Assembly: GCF_009914755.1 (NCBI RefSeq)
Contig: NC_060927.1
Length of the DNA stretch: 64,000 nucleotides
Direction: 5' to 3' (one strand)
Source: the human T2T-CHM13v2.0 reference genome, Homo sapiens
The notes beneath the pieces are model-generated. The model was not told where the DNA came from and did no database searches. It saw only the letters and a program-made list of their open reading frames with translations. Positions 11,173-25,784 of the stretch are shown here, one piece after another (within the stretch, counting starts at the first letter, position 1; every line of letters begins with the position of its first letter). Made by a program: the position numbers and the translations under genes.

Positions 11173-12505
11173 CTGGGAGTAGGATCACAAAATTGAATTA
11201 CTGATCTAAGAGAAAGAGGCAGATGTTAGAGACATAGGTAAATATGGATCATGTTTACAGATGTAAGGGAAAGTGATAAAAAATTCTTCATCACAAATCA
11301 AAACAATTTTTCCACACACTTAGTTTAACTTTTAAAAGAAAAAAGTTATTTTCACAAAAAAATACATGATCACTCTAAAGGATTTAAACAATATGTAAAA
11401 GTACAAAAAAGTTTTTAAAAATCCTTTTTTTTTTTTTTTTTTTTTTTTTACTTTCTGCTCCCATAAACCACTATCATTAACATTAGGACAACATTATGTC
11501 AAGTATTTTCTGTACATATGTCAGATAGGTTAGACAAATACAAAGAATTATTTTCATAAAAATAGGATCTTATGTAAGAAATCTGGTTCTAGTAATATTG
11601 CATTCTAGATAACTTGAAAAAAGCGTGAGCTATCAATATCTAAAGATTCTAGATAAAAATACAAAATAACTCCAAAACATCCTTTTAAATGACCAGCTAT
11701 GATCACCATAAAATAAAGGAAATCACTAGATGCCAGAAATAATGATTGAACTGAAAACCAGCGTGTTATGCACATGACCTCACACAGTGACTCCCTGGAA
11801 AGGTTGCTGATTTGGTTGGGGTTATTTTGTTTGTTTGCTTTACCTGTCTGGCTATCACCCTTTTTTCCCTCCCATCCAAGCAGTTTTTATTAAAATAGCT
11901 CAACATAGTGCTAAGTTCCTGAAAATCCTTTCTTAGTCTAGTAGTTAAGCAAATGAAGGAAGTATGTGTAGAAGAAACACTAATGACCTCTGATCCTAAA
12001 AGTGAATACCACCACCACAAGTCTGAGGTCAACTGTGCATCTGCTGGTAGTATCACAGTGAACAAAGTTATGTTAGTGACAATGTTAATGATCAGCAACA
12101 GGGTCCAGGCATGGACAGGAACTGATTCTTCCTAGAATTCTATAAATCCTTAATCACATTATTCAACAAAAAGGTCACTAAAAATCCTCCATGCCACAAA
12201 TTCAATTGGATGAGTAACAGAAAAAAGGTTTTTTCTATCTTCTGTTATTTCCTATAAAAGTCCACTGCAACCACAAAGATATACAAAAAAAAAAAAAAAC
12301 AAAAACAAAACCTCACAAATGAAGGAAGGTATCTTGCCATTTCTCTACAGAAATAATGTTATAGTTCTTGCAAAAGCAAAGCATGTGTCTTATGATGAAT
12401 TGTTTTCCAACTTTGCAGCACTGGGTTAACTCTCCACTTCTATCACACAAACTCATTAGAGTCAAAAGCCTGGCCAACAGGGTGAGGCTACCCTTGCTTA
12501 CTTAC

Positions 12506-12694
12506 CTCCTTGGCCCATGCTGGCTTCTCACTAGGACTCATTCCTTCTTTGTAATGGTACAGTGGCTTCTTCTCCACAGGCCTCTGCTCCTGCCGCTGAT
12601 GCTGAAGGGAAACTAAGTAGTCTCTTTCTTGCTTTAGCTGCCTCTGCAGTCTTTCTGCTTGTCTCTGTTCTTCCAATTGTTTGCGCTTATATTC
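12506..12694 (-). CDS. TNIK: TNIK coding exon (inferred exon 15), 189 nt
   Basis: Encodes EYKRKQLEEQRQAERLQRQLKQERDYLVSLQHQRQEQRPVEKKPLYHYKEGMSPSEKPAWAKE. Donor GAG|GTAAGT, phase 0. Confidence 0.96.
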
Positions 12695-13678
12695 CTGTCC
12701 AGATCAGGAAAGAGGAGCAAAGAAAAGGCCAAATTATCACATAGAAATCATCGGCCAGTACCAGATAAGCATGCAATGGAGGCAAAATAATGCTAAATAA
12801 CAAAGGATCTTAATACCAACAGAATGACAGAAGGATGTCAGGATGTGCCACAGAAATAAGCTACTGCCTTGTGTTAGTATCTACACAAGAATGTGTCATT
12901 TAATGAAAACGCTATTGCTTTAAAATGGCAATCCCTACCGAACCCCATCAATTACAAAATGACTTGTCCCTGATGAATTACAAGTGACAAAATGGCAATA
13001 ATGAGGACATTTAAATGGTCGGCATACAACTCCTAGAAAAAGTCACCCACTTCCTGATCTAGTAATTAAACCACTCAAACATGTACAATTAAGTACAAAC
13101 TAAGCAGCCAAAGATAGTGCCTAAATCATCTTTCATTTAATAAAACTTGGACCTACAAAGGCCATTAGCAAGCTTATGTACAGGCTAAAAAACATCAGAA
13201 TGCCATTAAATAAAAAGTTCAGTTTTAAAAAATACACCAAAAAGCCCATCTGGAGAGCAGTGCTATAATAATAAAAAAGTACTGTACTTCAAGTGGAAGC
13301 TGCATGAGCAAGGGACACAAAATGTTCCCATCGTAAGGGTAAAGCTAATAGTCTGTAAATGAAATATGACTGTAGAGCTGATGGGTTCTTATGGGAGAGG
13401 TGCATTTTGCTGTGATTGTATTCCAGCATGTCGCAAATGGCCTTAAAAATTACTCTGCAATAAACACAGTAGGTCTCAAAAGCAGTTTGTACTTATAATA
13501 AGGCTGGATTTATATTCAAGTTGTACAAATAAATGGAGTTAATAAAGAATGCATAACAACTGTATTAAATATATTAGGACTCAGCAAAATCAATCAGAAA
13601 ATGTATTAAGTTTCTATGAGGTTTTTGAGGTCCCTGAGGCTTAGAAGATCCCCTCTTCTGGACTGGTATGTTAGAAGG

Positions 13679-13685
13679 ACACACG

Positions 13686-13737
<52 letters not shown>
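13679..13737. repeat. Compound (CA)/(CG) microsatellite with pure (CA)22; (UG)n in the pre-mRNA
   Basis: Pure CA run at 13694-13737. Confidence 0.95.
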
Positions 13738-13741
<4 letters not shown>

Positions 13742-13792
13742 CTTGCAAGATGAACACAGAGCAGGTCAGCTGGTTCTTGGCTTTCTCATTAC

Positions 13793-13879
13793 CAGAAGTA
13801 GAGCTTGTTCATGCAGTAGCTGCTGCTGCAAGATCTCTAACTGTCTCTGCTCCTCCTCTAACTGTCGCCTGATGTATTC
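13793..13879 (-). CDS. TNIK: TNIK cassette exon (inferred exon 14), 87 nt / 29 aa
   Basis: Encodes [29 protein letters not shown], phase 0/0. Acceptor ctctccAG, donor CTG|GTAATG. TNIK isoforms lacking this 29-aa block are known. Confidence 0.95.
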
Positions 13880-14721
13880 CTGGAGAGGTAGGCAGCAGAG
13901 AATTCAGAGGAACAGAAAGAAAGAGAGAAATGAACCAGTAATTTCAAAGGCGACAAGAGCCGCTAAGTAAAGTGTAGAAGGAAGGAGGGGAAAAATACCC
14001 AAATACCTTCTTACAAAGCAGGAAGAGTATGTCACATGGAAGCAAATGCATTTCAACATAATGAAAAGCACAAGCCCCTCTACCTGCAACAGCTGACTGC
14101 GATGTCTCGGCATTTTACTGCTACTACTTGGTTTTAATAAGCCCAGCTACATGTTAAAGCTTTTCATTACAGGTTCCTCTCTTTATGGACTACCTGGAAT
14201 TAACAATGCTATAAAGTTCAGAGGCTCCTGTGCAAGCAGCAGGAATAAGACAACTGTTGAATGCCATCGTGCACTGTCTTTGTAATGGAACCATCCTGCA
14301 GAGTTTCACTATGCTGTAAGAATGTGATTCTAGCAAAGAGAGATGGGCCTGCATCAATGACTCAAAGTCATAAAGACCAGAGATGGCATGAGTAGAAAAG
14401 CTCTTCTGAAGCAGTGAAAGAGTGGGACTTGGCTGATTTTTCATGCTTCAGTGCTACCTTCAAATCAGATACCGAGGGTTGGGAGAATCGGAAGATCCGG
14501 GTATGTCAGGGAACTCTGTCTGGGTAGAAAGCAAGGCTGAATAGGTGGGCATTGCCAAGGTTGTACATTTGACTTCTTGAATAGGTGAGCATAATTGCTT
14601 GAGGAAGAGTAAAAACCCATGTAAACTGAGCATTCCTCAGAAAAGGTGACCCACACCCCAGAGAAGGCTGGTGCTGGGGTCCCCGGGGGGCCATCAGTGG
14701 GGCTCCTGGTCCCAGCTGTAC

Positions 14722-14832
14722 CTGTTCATGCTCCGCACGCCTCCTCTCCTCCTCCCGGCGCATCTGCTCCTCATAGTGCCGGCGCTGCTCCCTCTCCTGC
14801 TGCTTCCGCAGCTCCTTCTCTCGCCTTTGTTG
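14722..14832 (-). CDS. TNIK: TNIK coding exon (inferred exon 13), 111 nt, coiled coil
   Basis: Encodes QQRREKELRKQQEREQRRHYEEQMRREEERRRAEHEQ. Acceptor ccccacAG, donor CAG|GTACAG. Confidence 0.96.
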
Positions 14833-15449
14833 CTGTGGGGCAACAAGCAGACAACCATGAAGGCAACAGGCCCCGGTGGGGGGTGTCAGGGAGCCAGCAG
14901 GAAAAGCTGTTGAACCCCAGACATGAACTTTTAATGAGAGATGCCTAAATGCTCCAAGGTTCTTCTCTCCGGGGCTGTTGGAGGGTACACTGGCAGGGAG
15001 CGGGTGAGAGAGAGAGATTCAGTGTCACGCATAACATACTTCCATTTACCATGTAAGTAGACTCTCACCAAGACGTTCCTGTTAAGTGTGTTCTCCCCAC
15101 AGCTGGTGAGGGTTTTCAAGTCAGGCGTAGAAAACACCAATGCAAAACAGGTTATTTATTACATATCATCAAGTTGTTTATGAAATTACTTCACAATGCT
15201 TAAGTCATTCAATCTGTTTAACACCATGTAACACAAAAATTTCATAGATATGTAAAAATCAGAGCGGTGAAGTGACATATTCAAAGCCATACAGAATTGA
15301 TGGCAGAGGGTGCTTTAGGATTTACTGACTCCCACCTAGTCTGCTACCTTTTCTCATATATCATGCTGCCTGTCTGTGTTTTCTGGAGTATTCATTATTA
15401 AGTGTCAATTTCAAGTTCTTGCTCGAATAAGACCCTTATGCTTGGGAGC

Positions 15450-15490
15450 CATCATCATCATCATCGTCATCGTCAATCATCGTCATCACC
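15450..15490. repeat. Imperfect (CAT)n repeat
   Basis: catcatcatcatcatcgtcatcgtcaatcatcgtcatca. Confidence 0.8.
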
Positions 15491-15509
15491 TCATACAATT
15501 ACCATGCCT

Positions 15510-15715
15510 CCAACAGTGGACAGTGTGATAAACAGCTTACATGCTTTATTTCATTTCATCTTCACAAAAATAAGTGGATGTCACTATTATCTCCATTTTA
15601 TCTGAGAAAACTGAGGTACGGAGAGATTAAGTAATTGTTCAAGGTCACACCCAGTAAATGGCAGAGCTTGATTTCATAGCCAGACGATGTGACTCCAGCA
15701 TCTGAGCTCAATCAT
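15510..15715. mobile_element. MIR
   Basis: MIR core gaaaactgaggtacggagagattaagtaattgttcaaggtcacac. Confidence 0.75.
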
Positions 15716-15836
15716 TAAGGAAGTCCAAGAAGCCAGAGGAATGATAGAAAGATCACAAAGTATCTGGCTCTTCATTATACTCTCAGGAAAGGAGAACATT
15801 TTAGAAGTTAGAACTAGGCCAAGCAGTTACAGGAGC

Positions 15837-16010
15837 CAGTGGTTCTCAAGTAGGAGCAGTGCCATTACCCCTCTCTGGAGCATTTGCAACTATCTAAGGA
15901 CATGTGAGGAGTATTTTTGCTGGTTCTGATGACTGAGGAGCATGACTGGCATTTACCATGAGAGGCTAGTGATGCCAAACATCCTGTGCAAGGCACAGGA
16001 TTGTCACATA
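15837..16010. mobile_element. MER20-like hAT fossil
   Basis: cagtggttctcaa terminus; actggcattt...gaggctagtgatgccaaacatcct...gcacagga. Confidence 0.6.
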
Positions 16011-18799
16011 TTACCAAGTCTTTTCCCATACATCATGGCATTAGTGCACCTTTTGAGAGAGGCGGCTGGCCCTTTGTGTCAGATCCTTTATTGGCTTTGG
16101 GATTTCTTTTTCCTCATATATGAAGTTCAGAGGGGACATACCAGGGGGACCATTTCCTTGTCACATTCTCAACAAGACTTCATTGCATAGCTTAGGAAAC
16201 ATGAGGTACCCAGAGTGGAATAAATTGTGACTGTCTCACACTGATAAGTTAGCTCTACACAACCAGGGAGATAGTTTTTTACACAAGTTCTGTGTCTCAG
16301 CCCCAGCTAAACCAACCACAGATATTCAGAATGCCAGAGAAGCCCATGTGGAAACCTTCCCGATGGAGCTCCTGCAGCAATCCTCCGGACCTGCTGTCTT
16401 CCAATAACCTCTGAGTCTTGGGAGATAAGCTGCGTCTCTTAAGACTCAGTTTCTGTCACTTCCAGATCAACAATGATTTTTCCATCTTGGATTGCAGGCG
16501 AAGGAGAGCTATTGGAGGACTTCATGCAGCCAAATGACTTGATCAGACTTGCATTTTCAAAAGGCCTCCCCATCATCCATGAAAAGGGGCAAGACTAGAA
16601 GCTGAAAAGCAGTGCAAGGCCATTCTGTGGATCTAGGTATAAAATGATAGGGCATCGATGATTTCAGCAAAGGCGGGATGAGAGTCCATGTTTATAATCA
16701 CTGCTGAGGATGGAGACACAGCCAAGAGGAATAAAGACTAACAACTATACAGGTTGCTGGTCATTCTAATAGGACTTCAGTGGACACCAATTTAGAAACA
16801 GAAATTAGAATTAGGCCAAAATAAAATAGGCAGGATTTGGTGACGACAGGTTGTAGGAGGGCAGGTGAAGTCCCCGGCCAAGGGGCACAGTGGACGATGG
16901 GATAGAGAAGAGCAGGAAAAGTAGGAGTGGGGTGGGTACCAGCATGAGGCAAGTCCCAGACATGCAAGTATTTGTTTTACAGAAAAATAATACAGGAAGA
17001 TGCGAGTAGAAAACATCAGCATAGGCACTGACTGAATAATTTGGATTACAGACCCAAAACAGAGACATTTCCAATACTCAACCAAAGTGAATCAGTGCCA
17101 GCACAGAGAATAAAATAATTATGTGTACAGATCTGGATCCTGGCAGGAAATAGCACTAATTTAGCTAATATTTCAAATTTCTTACTCCAACCATCCGTCT
17201 CTTTCTTAAGGAAAGGAAAATAATCAAGCCCTTTGAAGAGTTAGCTGATCTTTATGTGAAGGATTTGTACATTTTGAACCCCTTTGCCAGGAATCAATAC
17301 TGTTTTATAATTACATGCCACTCAGGTCCCTGTGCAAGGTGTATACAGTATTGATTGCAACTCAAGAGCGTCTGGGCTTCCCAAGTACTCTGTAGTTTCT
17401 GAGAAAGACACTCAAAAGTAACTAATAATTAATAATGATCTCACTCGGATCAGCAGCCGCTAACACATGGAGGCATCTGCCAGGGCTTTGGTTCCTGTGG
17501 TGAGGTTGGAAAAATAAATCGCTTTCCCAACCTTCTGAGGGCACCCTGCCAATTTCCAGCTGCTGTGTCTCAATGTTAATGCCATTCTTGAAAAAATATT
17601 TGCTTTCTCTCCTCCTGTGCATGGAGCCGTATGAGGGAGGGGATATAAAAAAAACATATCAATGCAAGACCAAGTCCCTGGCCTCAGGCAGACACCTTTA
17701 CAAAGCTCTGATGACTCTTGCTAGAAGCAGCTCTCTGAGGGCAAGGCCAGTGCTTGATTTCTGCTGTACCCCAACCCCTCAGACGGGGGCCTGGCACCTG
17801 GCAGGTGCACCTAAGAGTTTGTTGCGCTGAACATAGTAAGAAACTTGAGGGAAAAGACAACACAGTATCCTCTTAAATTTCTTTGTAGAATTTTTCCTCC
17901 TGTCAATACTGACGGTATGGCTACCTTTCCATACCTTATAGTATGGCTATTTGAGTATATCTTACCAACTTTGCAATCTAGATTGAAAGCCGTGTGTGGG
18001 CAAGATCTCTGTTCCACTTGTTTTTATCTCCCATTGTTTCCATATCAGGCCAGCCACCAGTGATATTTGTTGTGTTGAATACTGCAAACTGGCTAAGTAA
18101 TAGAAGAGGGGAGAGCCCTGCAGAGCTTTGTACCAGACCTTTACTCTTTGATGCCCTTCTTAAGTAGCTCTTATTGGCTGGAACATTCTTTTATATTGAA
18201 CACAGACAGAACTGGAGAATGTTCTTCTAAAAAGAGCCACCTACAGTTGGCACTGGAATGTACCTGTTTGCCATCTTAGAGAAAGGCATGAAAAATAAGG
18301 GAATAAGAGTCTAAACTGGAAAAAAAGGGAAAGGGGAGAATCAAATAGCATTCCTAGATCTTATTCAAATTATACATAATGAAGATAGTGGTCCTGCTAT
18401 CAGAAAAGAATGGCTGAAACCAACTACTCTAAAACTGTTGGCAGATTCTCCACCTATATTGAACTGCCTAGAAGTATATTTTCATCCATGTCTTCTTGTA
18501 GGCATTGCTAAAAGTTATATTCCTTAAAATTGGACATTCAGTTGCTTCTTATAAGTTTCTTAATTTTTTTTCCGGTGGGGAGATGATGGATAGAACCTAC
18601 TGTTAAAGTTTTCCAGGCCCTAACAATTGTTGCCTTACTCTATGGAGTAGATAATCAGGGACTTCATGTCCCTTTTGTCTTCTGTTGATGTTCGCCAAGG
18701 ATGATTTCTTTTTAGGACAATTCCTTTTTATTTTTATTTTAAGATATTTTAAATTTCTTATTTTAGACATTAGAGAAAGGCATGAAATATTTAAAAGTT

Positions 18800-19780
<981 letters not shown>

Positions 19781-20937
19781 GATCTATTGGGGGCAGTTTT
19801 GATCCTCCCTATGAATGCTCCCCTCACGCTACCTCTAGGTGGAGGCTGTGTGGCTGCACTTTCAAGCATGTGAATTTGTTAGTTAATTTTAATGAGGGAA
19901 TAGTAATTTTGTCCCACCTGTTCAGGGGGCCCTCAAAGGTAATGCATTTATCCCAAATTGGCTATGTAGAATTTTTGCTGTTTAAATTCTTTGCAGAGAA
20001 TATCACCTCAACCCTTAAATTCTGAATTGTCATTAGAGGTCTAGTTTTAAGAGATAATCCTCATGCATATTCCTCACAAGGGCTGTGGAGTCAGTCTTTC
20101 CTTTTTTTTTTTTTTTTTGTTTAAATGCTCTTCTTAGATTACTTTAGATAAGCAGAAAAGTACGCACCTACACCAGGGTGTTCTAGCTCTCATAGAAGTG
20201 ACTTTGATGAACTGCAATGCCATAAAATTGCATTTTATGATGTCTTCAAAATAGCTGAATAAAGCTAACCACTGCATTTATGCCAGGAATATTGCCTCAG
20301 ACATTATTCATTGCACTACTTACTAGGCAAGTGTATAGTTTTCAGTGTGATCTCAGAAAGCTTGTCTGAGTAACTGGTTTACTCTTATCTGATGGACAAC
20401 ATGAATCTCAACCACTTCACATCTGTCTCTTTTCTCATGTGTCAGGCCTCAGAGCAGATTGGTGACCGCCCTGGGCAACAGCGCTGGATGCCATGTTGTG
20501 CAGGCATTCTGTGCACTGACCCCGCTCCTGCCTGCATCTTCTTTCTCCGTTCTACTTTATGTTCCCTTCTACATTGTCTTCTTGTTTATTTTACTTTTAA
20601 TTGCTGTATTAATCTCTTTAAGCCACCTTAACTCCTCCTTTTGGAATGAGGAAAAGTCATAATAAGCCAAAAAATGAGAAACAAATCTTGGCCCTGGTCC
20701 ATCTTTTATATACATCATATTTCCCATTATATGGACCCAAGTGATATCCACATCTGAGAATTAATATCCTATAGCTGCAATGCAACGTGTCATTGGGATA
20801 GAGGGGTAGGCAAGAGAGGCAACAGGGCTTGGGGAAAGAATAAAATGGTTTGGAAACAGACTAGATTCTGGTCCTGCACTGCCACCAATACGAACACTGA
20901 AGACCACGTAGCAGCGCTCTGTAAATATGTGTTTGAT

Positions 20938-21235
<298 letters not shown>

Positions 21236-21949
21236 GTGACGAATGAGTGAATGTTGTTTGACCTTGAGTAAGTCACCTTCAGCTAAACTTTCAATGAGGG
21301 TATAGATTAAGTAATCTTGCAAATCTGTTCATTCTAAGAGTCTGAGCAAGGTTATGCTACATTGCAAAGCAAAAATCTAACCATTCAGAGTGAAACGAAG
21401 CAGAATTCTTATTTGCCCTTGGAGAGCTCCTGTTGCTTTTCATCTTGGGTGACCTCCTGAAAGCGGTGAGAGGAAACCCTACTGTGACTGTGGAAGACCC
21501 GAGTTGGCCTCCAGAGGACAGGAAAACGGCTGGTGCAAGATCAAGTCAGGCTCCTTGGGAAGTACCTCAAACCATCCCCTCCACCCAGGGGCTCTCTGTT
21601 CAAAGACACTCAGAATGAAAGGACCCAGTGTGGTCTTTTGAATTGACTGCACATCACACATGCCCCCTCACTTTAAATAGGACCATTCTGTATAAGCTTC
21701 ACGGGAGCTATACTTGTGATGAGAGGTATTCCAGCTTCTGGGCATTCCATTTTCCCATTTAACGTTGCTAAAGTTTTAGTTTTGGAAAGATCATTGCAAA
21801 CCAATGACTATAGGGTAAGGGCATGATTCCTTGTGACTAAAACTGGAGTTCCAAACCTTTTTTTATGTAAGGACACAAGAGTGATGAGGAAGCAGTCTGG
21901 CACCTCTGAATTCACTATATGACAATGAAATAAAAACAAAAATAATAAT

Positions 21950-22185
21950 AACTATATGCATAATGAAGAACACTTACGTAGTGCAGCCTATGATGCCAAG
22001 CACTGTACTCATATTAACTCATTTAATTCTCACCAGAACCCTTTGAGGCAGGTAATACTGTCATCACCCCCATTTGACAGTTAAGGAAACTGAGGCACAT
22101 CCAGGCCAATATCTTGCCCAAGTTCACTCGGTTGGTAAGTGCGAGGCCAGGATTTATATTCCATGCCTGACTCTTGCCATGCTGC
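21950..22185. mobile_element. MIR
   Basis: aactcatttaattctcac...aggaaactgaggcac core. Confidence 0.75.
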
Positions 22186-22279
22186 CTCATTTGGGTCCAC
22201 AAGAAGCATCTGTGTGTACAAAGTAAAAGATACTGTCTAATGCTTTTTAAAGTTGCCATTTTCCCCTCTTTCTATCTTT

Positions 22280-22374
22280 ACTTGTTACCTACCTTAACTT
22301 GTTACCTACCTTAAAGCTACCATAGCTTTCCCAATGTTCTCAGAAATAGTAATCAGAGAACATTGGGAAAGCTA
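22280..22374. repeat. 17-bp perfect tandem duplication plus 19-bp perfect inverted repeat
   Basis: acttgttacctacctta twice (22280-22313); arms tagctttcccaatgttctc (22323-22341) and gagaacattgggaaagcta (22356-22374). Confidence 0.95.
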
Positions 22375-25300
22375 GACAGGCCAGATATAACTCATTCCTT
22401 TCTTTCTACACCTACTTTACACCATGAGAGATAAACTATCCAACCTACCCTTTGAGAGCTTTCCTGAAAAATTAACTGCCTAAGTGAAGCCTTTTCTTTG
22501 TGCTCACAGGCCAACTTTTGATTAGCAGACAGCCCCATGGCTAAGCACTGTCAAGCACATGTGTGCAAGCTGGTCTTTGCGGACACTGAAAGAGGCATGA
22601 CAGTTCTAAACAGACTGAGCTTCACGAAGCGGTGCAGAAGAATTCTCATCCTGCCTCTTCCATGGATGCTAGTCAATGTGATTATTCACAAACTCCTTAG
22701 TGTCTCTGAGCCTCAGTTTCTCCTGGGAGAACAGTCACACGGGATTTCCCAGGTGTCATACAGAGGAGCAAGAATGGCCTAATGGACATCCCTAGTACCT
22801 ACGACTCTGAATGTTAGTGTGAAAGTCAAATGCAGATGAAACCCCCAAATTCCTACTGTCATCATTCTGAAGCCTTAGTATGAGACCCTCAGACTGAGTC
22901 CTATGAAGACAAGCCAGTTATAAACCAGTTTATTAATACAGTATTTACAGAGAGGGCCACTCCAGTACTCCCGAGATGATACTAAAGATGCTAACTTATA
23001 TGTAGAAAGGTTGCAGGAACTGGTAACATTTGTGGGAAAACATTATTAATGTCTTCACACATTTCTAGGGCAGATATGCAGGGAATTTCAGTTTTATTTG
23101 GCACAACCTGTATTAATGCAGGGATATCACAAGAACTCGAATCAACGAAAAGATAACTTTTCCAACATTAGGAGTTGTTCAAAAATAGAATGTGCTGCCT
23201 CAAGCCCACGGACATACAAGGAAAGATTATATGTTAAACAGGTTAGATAACCCTGTTTGAAGAATATTGCAAAAGGAATTCTTGCTTTGAGAGAAGAATT
23301 GGCTGAGATCACTTTTGAGGTTCCTAATATTCCCCAGCCTCTATGATTCTATAAAACCACTTACTAAAGAAAACAAGAATCAAAATAAAAGCAATTCAAT
23401 TTAAATGTCATGTGAAATAAGATTTCATGTGAAACTATTTTGTTGTCATAGTTCTATGGTTAGGAATAACTAAGAAGACTGTGAACACACAAAACATACA
23501 GACTAGATGTAATAAAGGTGGTTCTGTGAAGACCTTAGACAACGGAGGGTAGGTCTGTGTGATGTCCATTGCATGCAGGCACTAAAAAGCCATCCCTACC
23601 TTCCATGCAAGGTACTCTAGATACACCAAGGATCAGCAACTGCCTAACTCCAGGTTTTTTTTCAGTATGAAATGCTGTTAAGTATAAAACACTAGCGTAC
23701 TCTACCTTCCTATGTCTTAAAAGCGTAGGCAGGAGCCTGGGCAAAAGGACTCCAGATTTCAGTAGCATTTTACACTACAAAATAGGGATGTCAGCCCAAC
23801 TCCCGCACTGTGGCAGGAAATCCCTCCCATCACAGGATCCAGGTGACAAAGCGGACAAAGTCAGAACTCCTTTGGCACAACACGTAAGTTAGAACAAGAA
23901 GCCCTTTTGCGATCCACTGGGAGGTGGGGTTCCTTATATCCATGCAGATGACACGGCTCCCTGAAACACAAGTGTGATTTACATGTGCATGCGATTACTG
24001 ACCATTATCCAAAGCTCATGGGCACGCTTTGTCCTGGACAATGAGCATCTGGTTTGCCAGGATGGTTCCCAGCTGTTTCATAATTTCTGTTCAGTTATTG
24101 AAATAACAGAGCAAAAGCCCAGCTAGAAAGTGTTCAATCTTGTGTTGATGCTAATGACATCCAGGAATAAAAAGCTGTGCTGCCTCCAACTAGCCAGCCA
24201 CTGCTCACAGGACACACTGGGACACCTGTGGTTAATGATTAAGTGAATTAAGGACCACTTCTCAGCAGTGCTGATGTGTTAACACTCCAGGCTCTGAGAT
24301 GGGGGAATTAATTTTTCTTGCTCACAGTGCTTTCCTCTGGCTTGGGGCCTGGGAGTGTGGTCCAGTGGGTAGAAATGCTGCACTGGTAAAAAACCCACAC
24401 GATTTTCCTGTCTCCTTCTTGTGCCCACTGTACTTGCCTAGGCTTCATTCAGCTTCAAGGCCTCACCCTGGAAAGAGATGACCCAGGGCAGCAATAACAA
24501 AGCAGGTAATGAGAAGCAAGATTCTTCCCTTCACATGTAACACTCTCCTTGAACTTATTCAGGTGTTTACTCAGTGCCAGGTACTGTTCTAAGTGGTTTG
24601 TATGTATTACATCCCATTTTATAAATGGTCAAACTGAGACATAGAGAAGTCATGTCTTGCTCAAAATTACAAAGGAAGTAAGTGGCAGATCTGAGATTCA
24701 AACCCAGGCAGTGTCTTACTGAACTGCCACGTTCTCACCCTTTTGGTGAAAGGGTCACTCGGAAGGTACTATTTCCCTGATGCAAGAAGCTTGTTATTCA
24801 CTCAGCACAAGATCTCTGTTCCTTATGAACTTTATTTAGATATTGTTAGGAAATGAAATTTCATGCAGCCACTTGGTGGCAATGATGGGATCATAATTTA
24901 CAGTGTTGGAAATGACAGCAAGAAATACTGATAAGATAATCCATCAGAAGGCAGTTTCTCCAGGGGAAGGTTCTCTAGGTTTCACTGGGAAAAGGAGACT
25001 TCCCAAGGTGGCAGTTGACCCTACTAAACAAGAAATCCGCAAAAGGACAAAGAATGGGCCGCCTCCTTGTCCTGACAAGGCCAGGACTGCAGGCTAACTC
25101 ACCAGCAGATAAACAGCCCAGTAAGACATAACGAAAATGTGCTCTGGAAAAATGCTTTCAAAAGGGGATGAAAAAGTCAAGGTTTTACACTAAACAGGGA
25201 AGGTACATTAAGGAATTAAGGAAGACAGGGAATGGGGAAATGCTAGCTATAGACAGCACCATTAAAATGAAAAACAAAATTAACAGTACTATACTTTGAA

Positions 25301-25784
25301 ATCATCAGTTCCAAAATAACAATAAAATATTCACCCAAGAATACCAATCCAGGTTTTGTGTTAGGCATTGTGCCAAGTCCTCTGTATTTATGGTTTCATT
25401 TACTTCTCAGCAATCATGAAAAGTAAATATTATTTTACCAAATGTGCATGTAAGGAAGCTGAGGTTCAGAGAGGTTAAGTAATTTGCCAAAGACCACACA
25501 GCTAAGATTAAACCTTGGCCTTGGCCTGTAAAGATAGTGTATTTTACCTCTACACGAACCTAAAGCTGGCCATCTAAGAACTATTAGACATTTATTGCTC
25601 TTAATGATATAACTGAATTCCTCCCAGTATTATAACAAATATTCTTCCCGAAGCATAGAAAGAAGCTTACCTATTTACATTTATTTTAATAAATCCAAAA
25701 AGGTTTTACTGTAGCACATAAAGGAGTTCAAACTTTGGAAATTTGTTTCCTTGACTTTGGTCAAAGGCACCTACACCAATAACA

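Noticed and set aside
14646-14948. + strand Ala/Pro/Leu-rich ORFs here and at 31667-32160
   Set aside because: Antisense shadows of coiled-coil exons 13 and 12.
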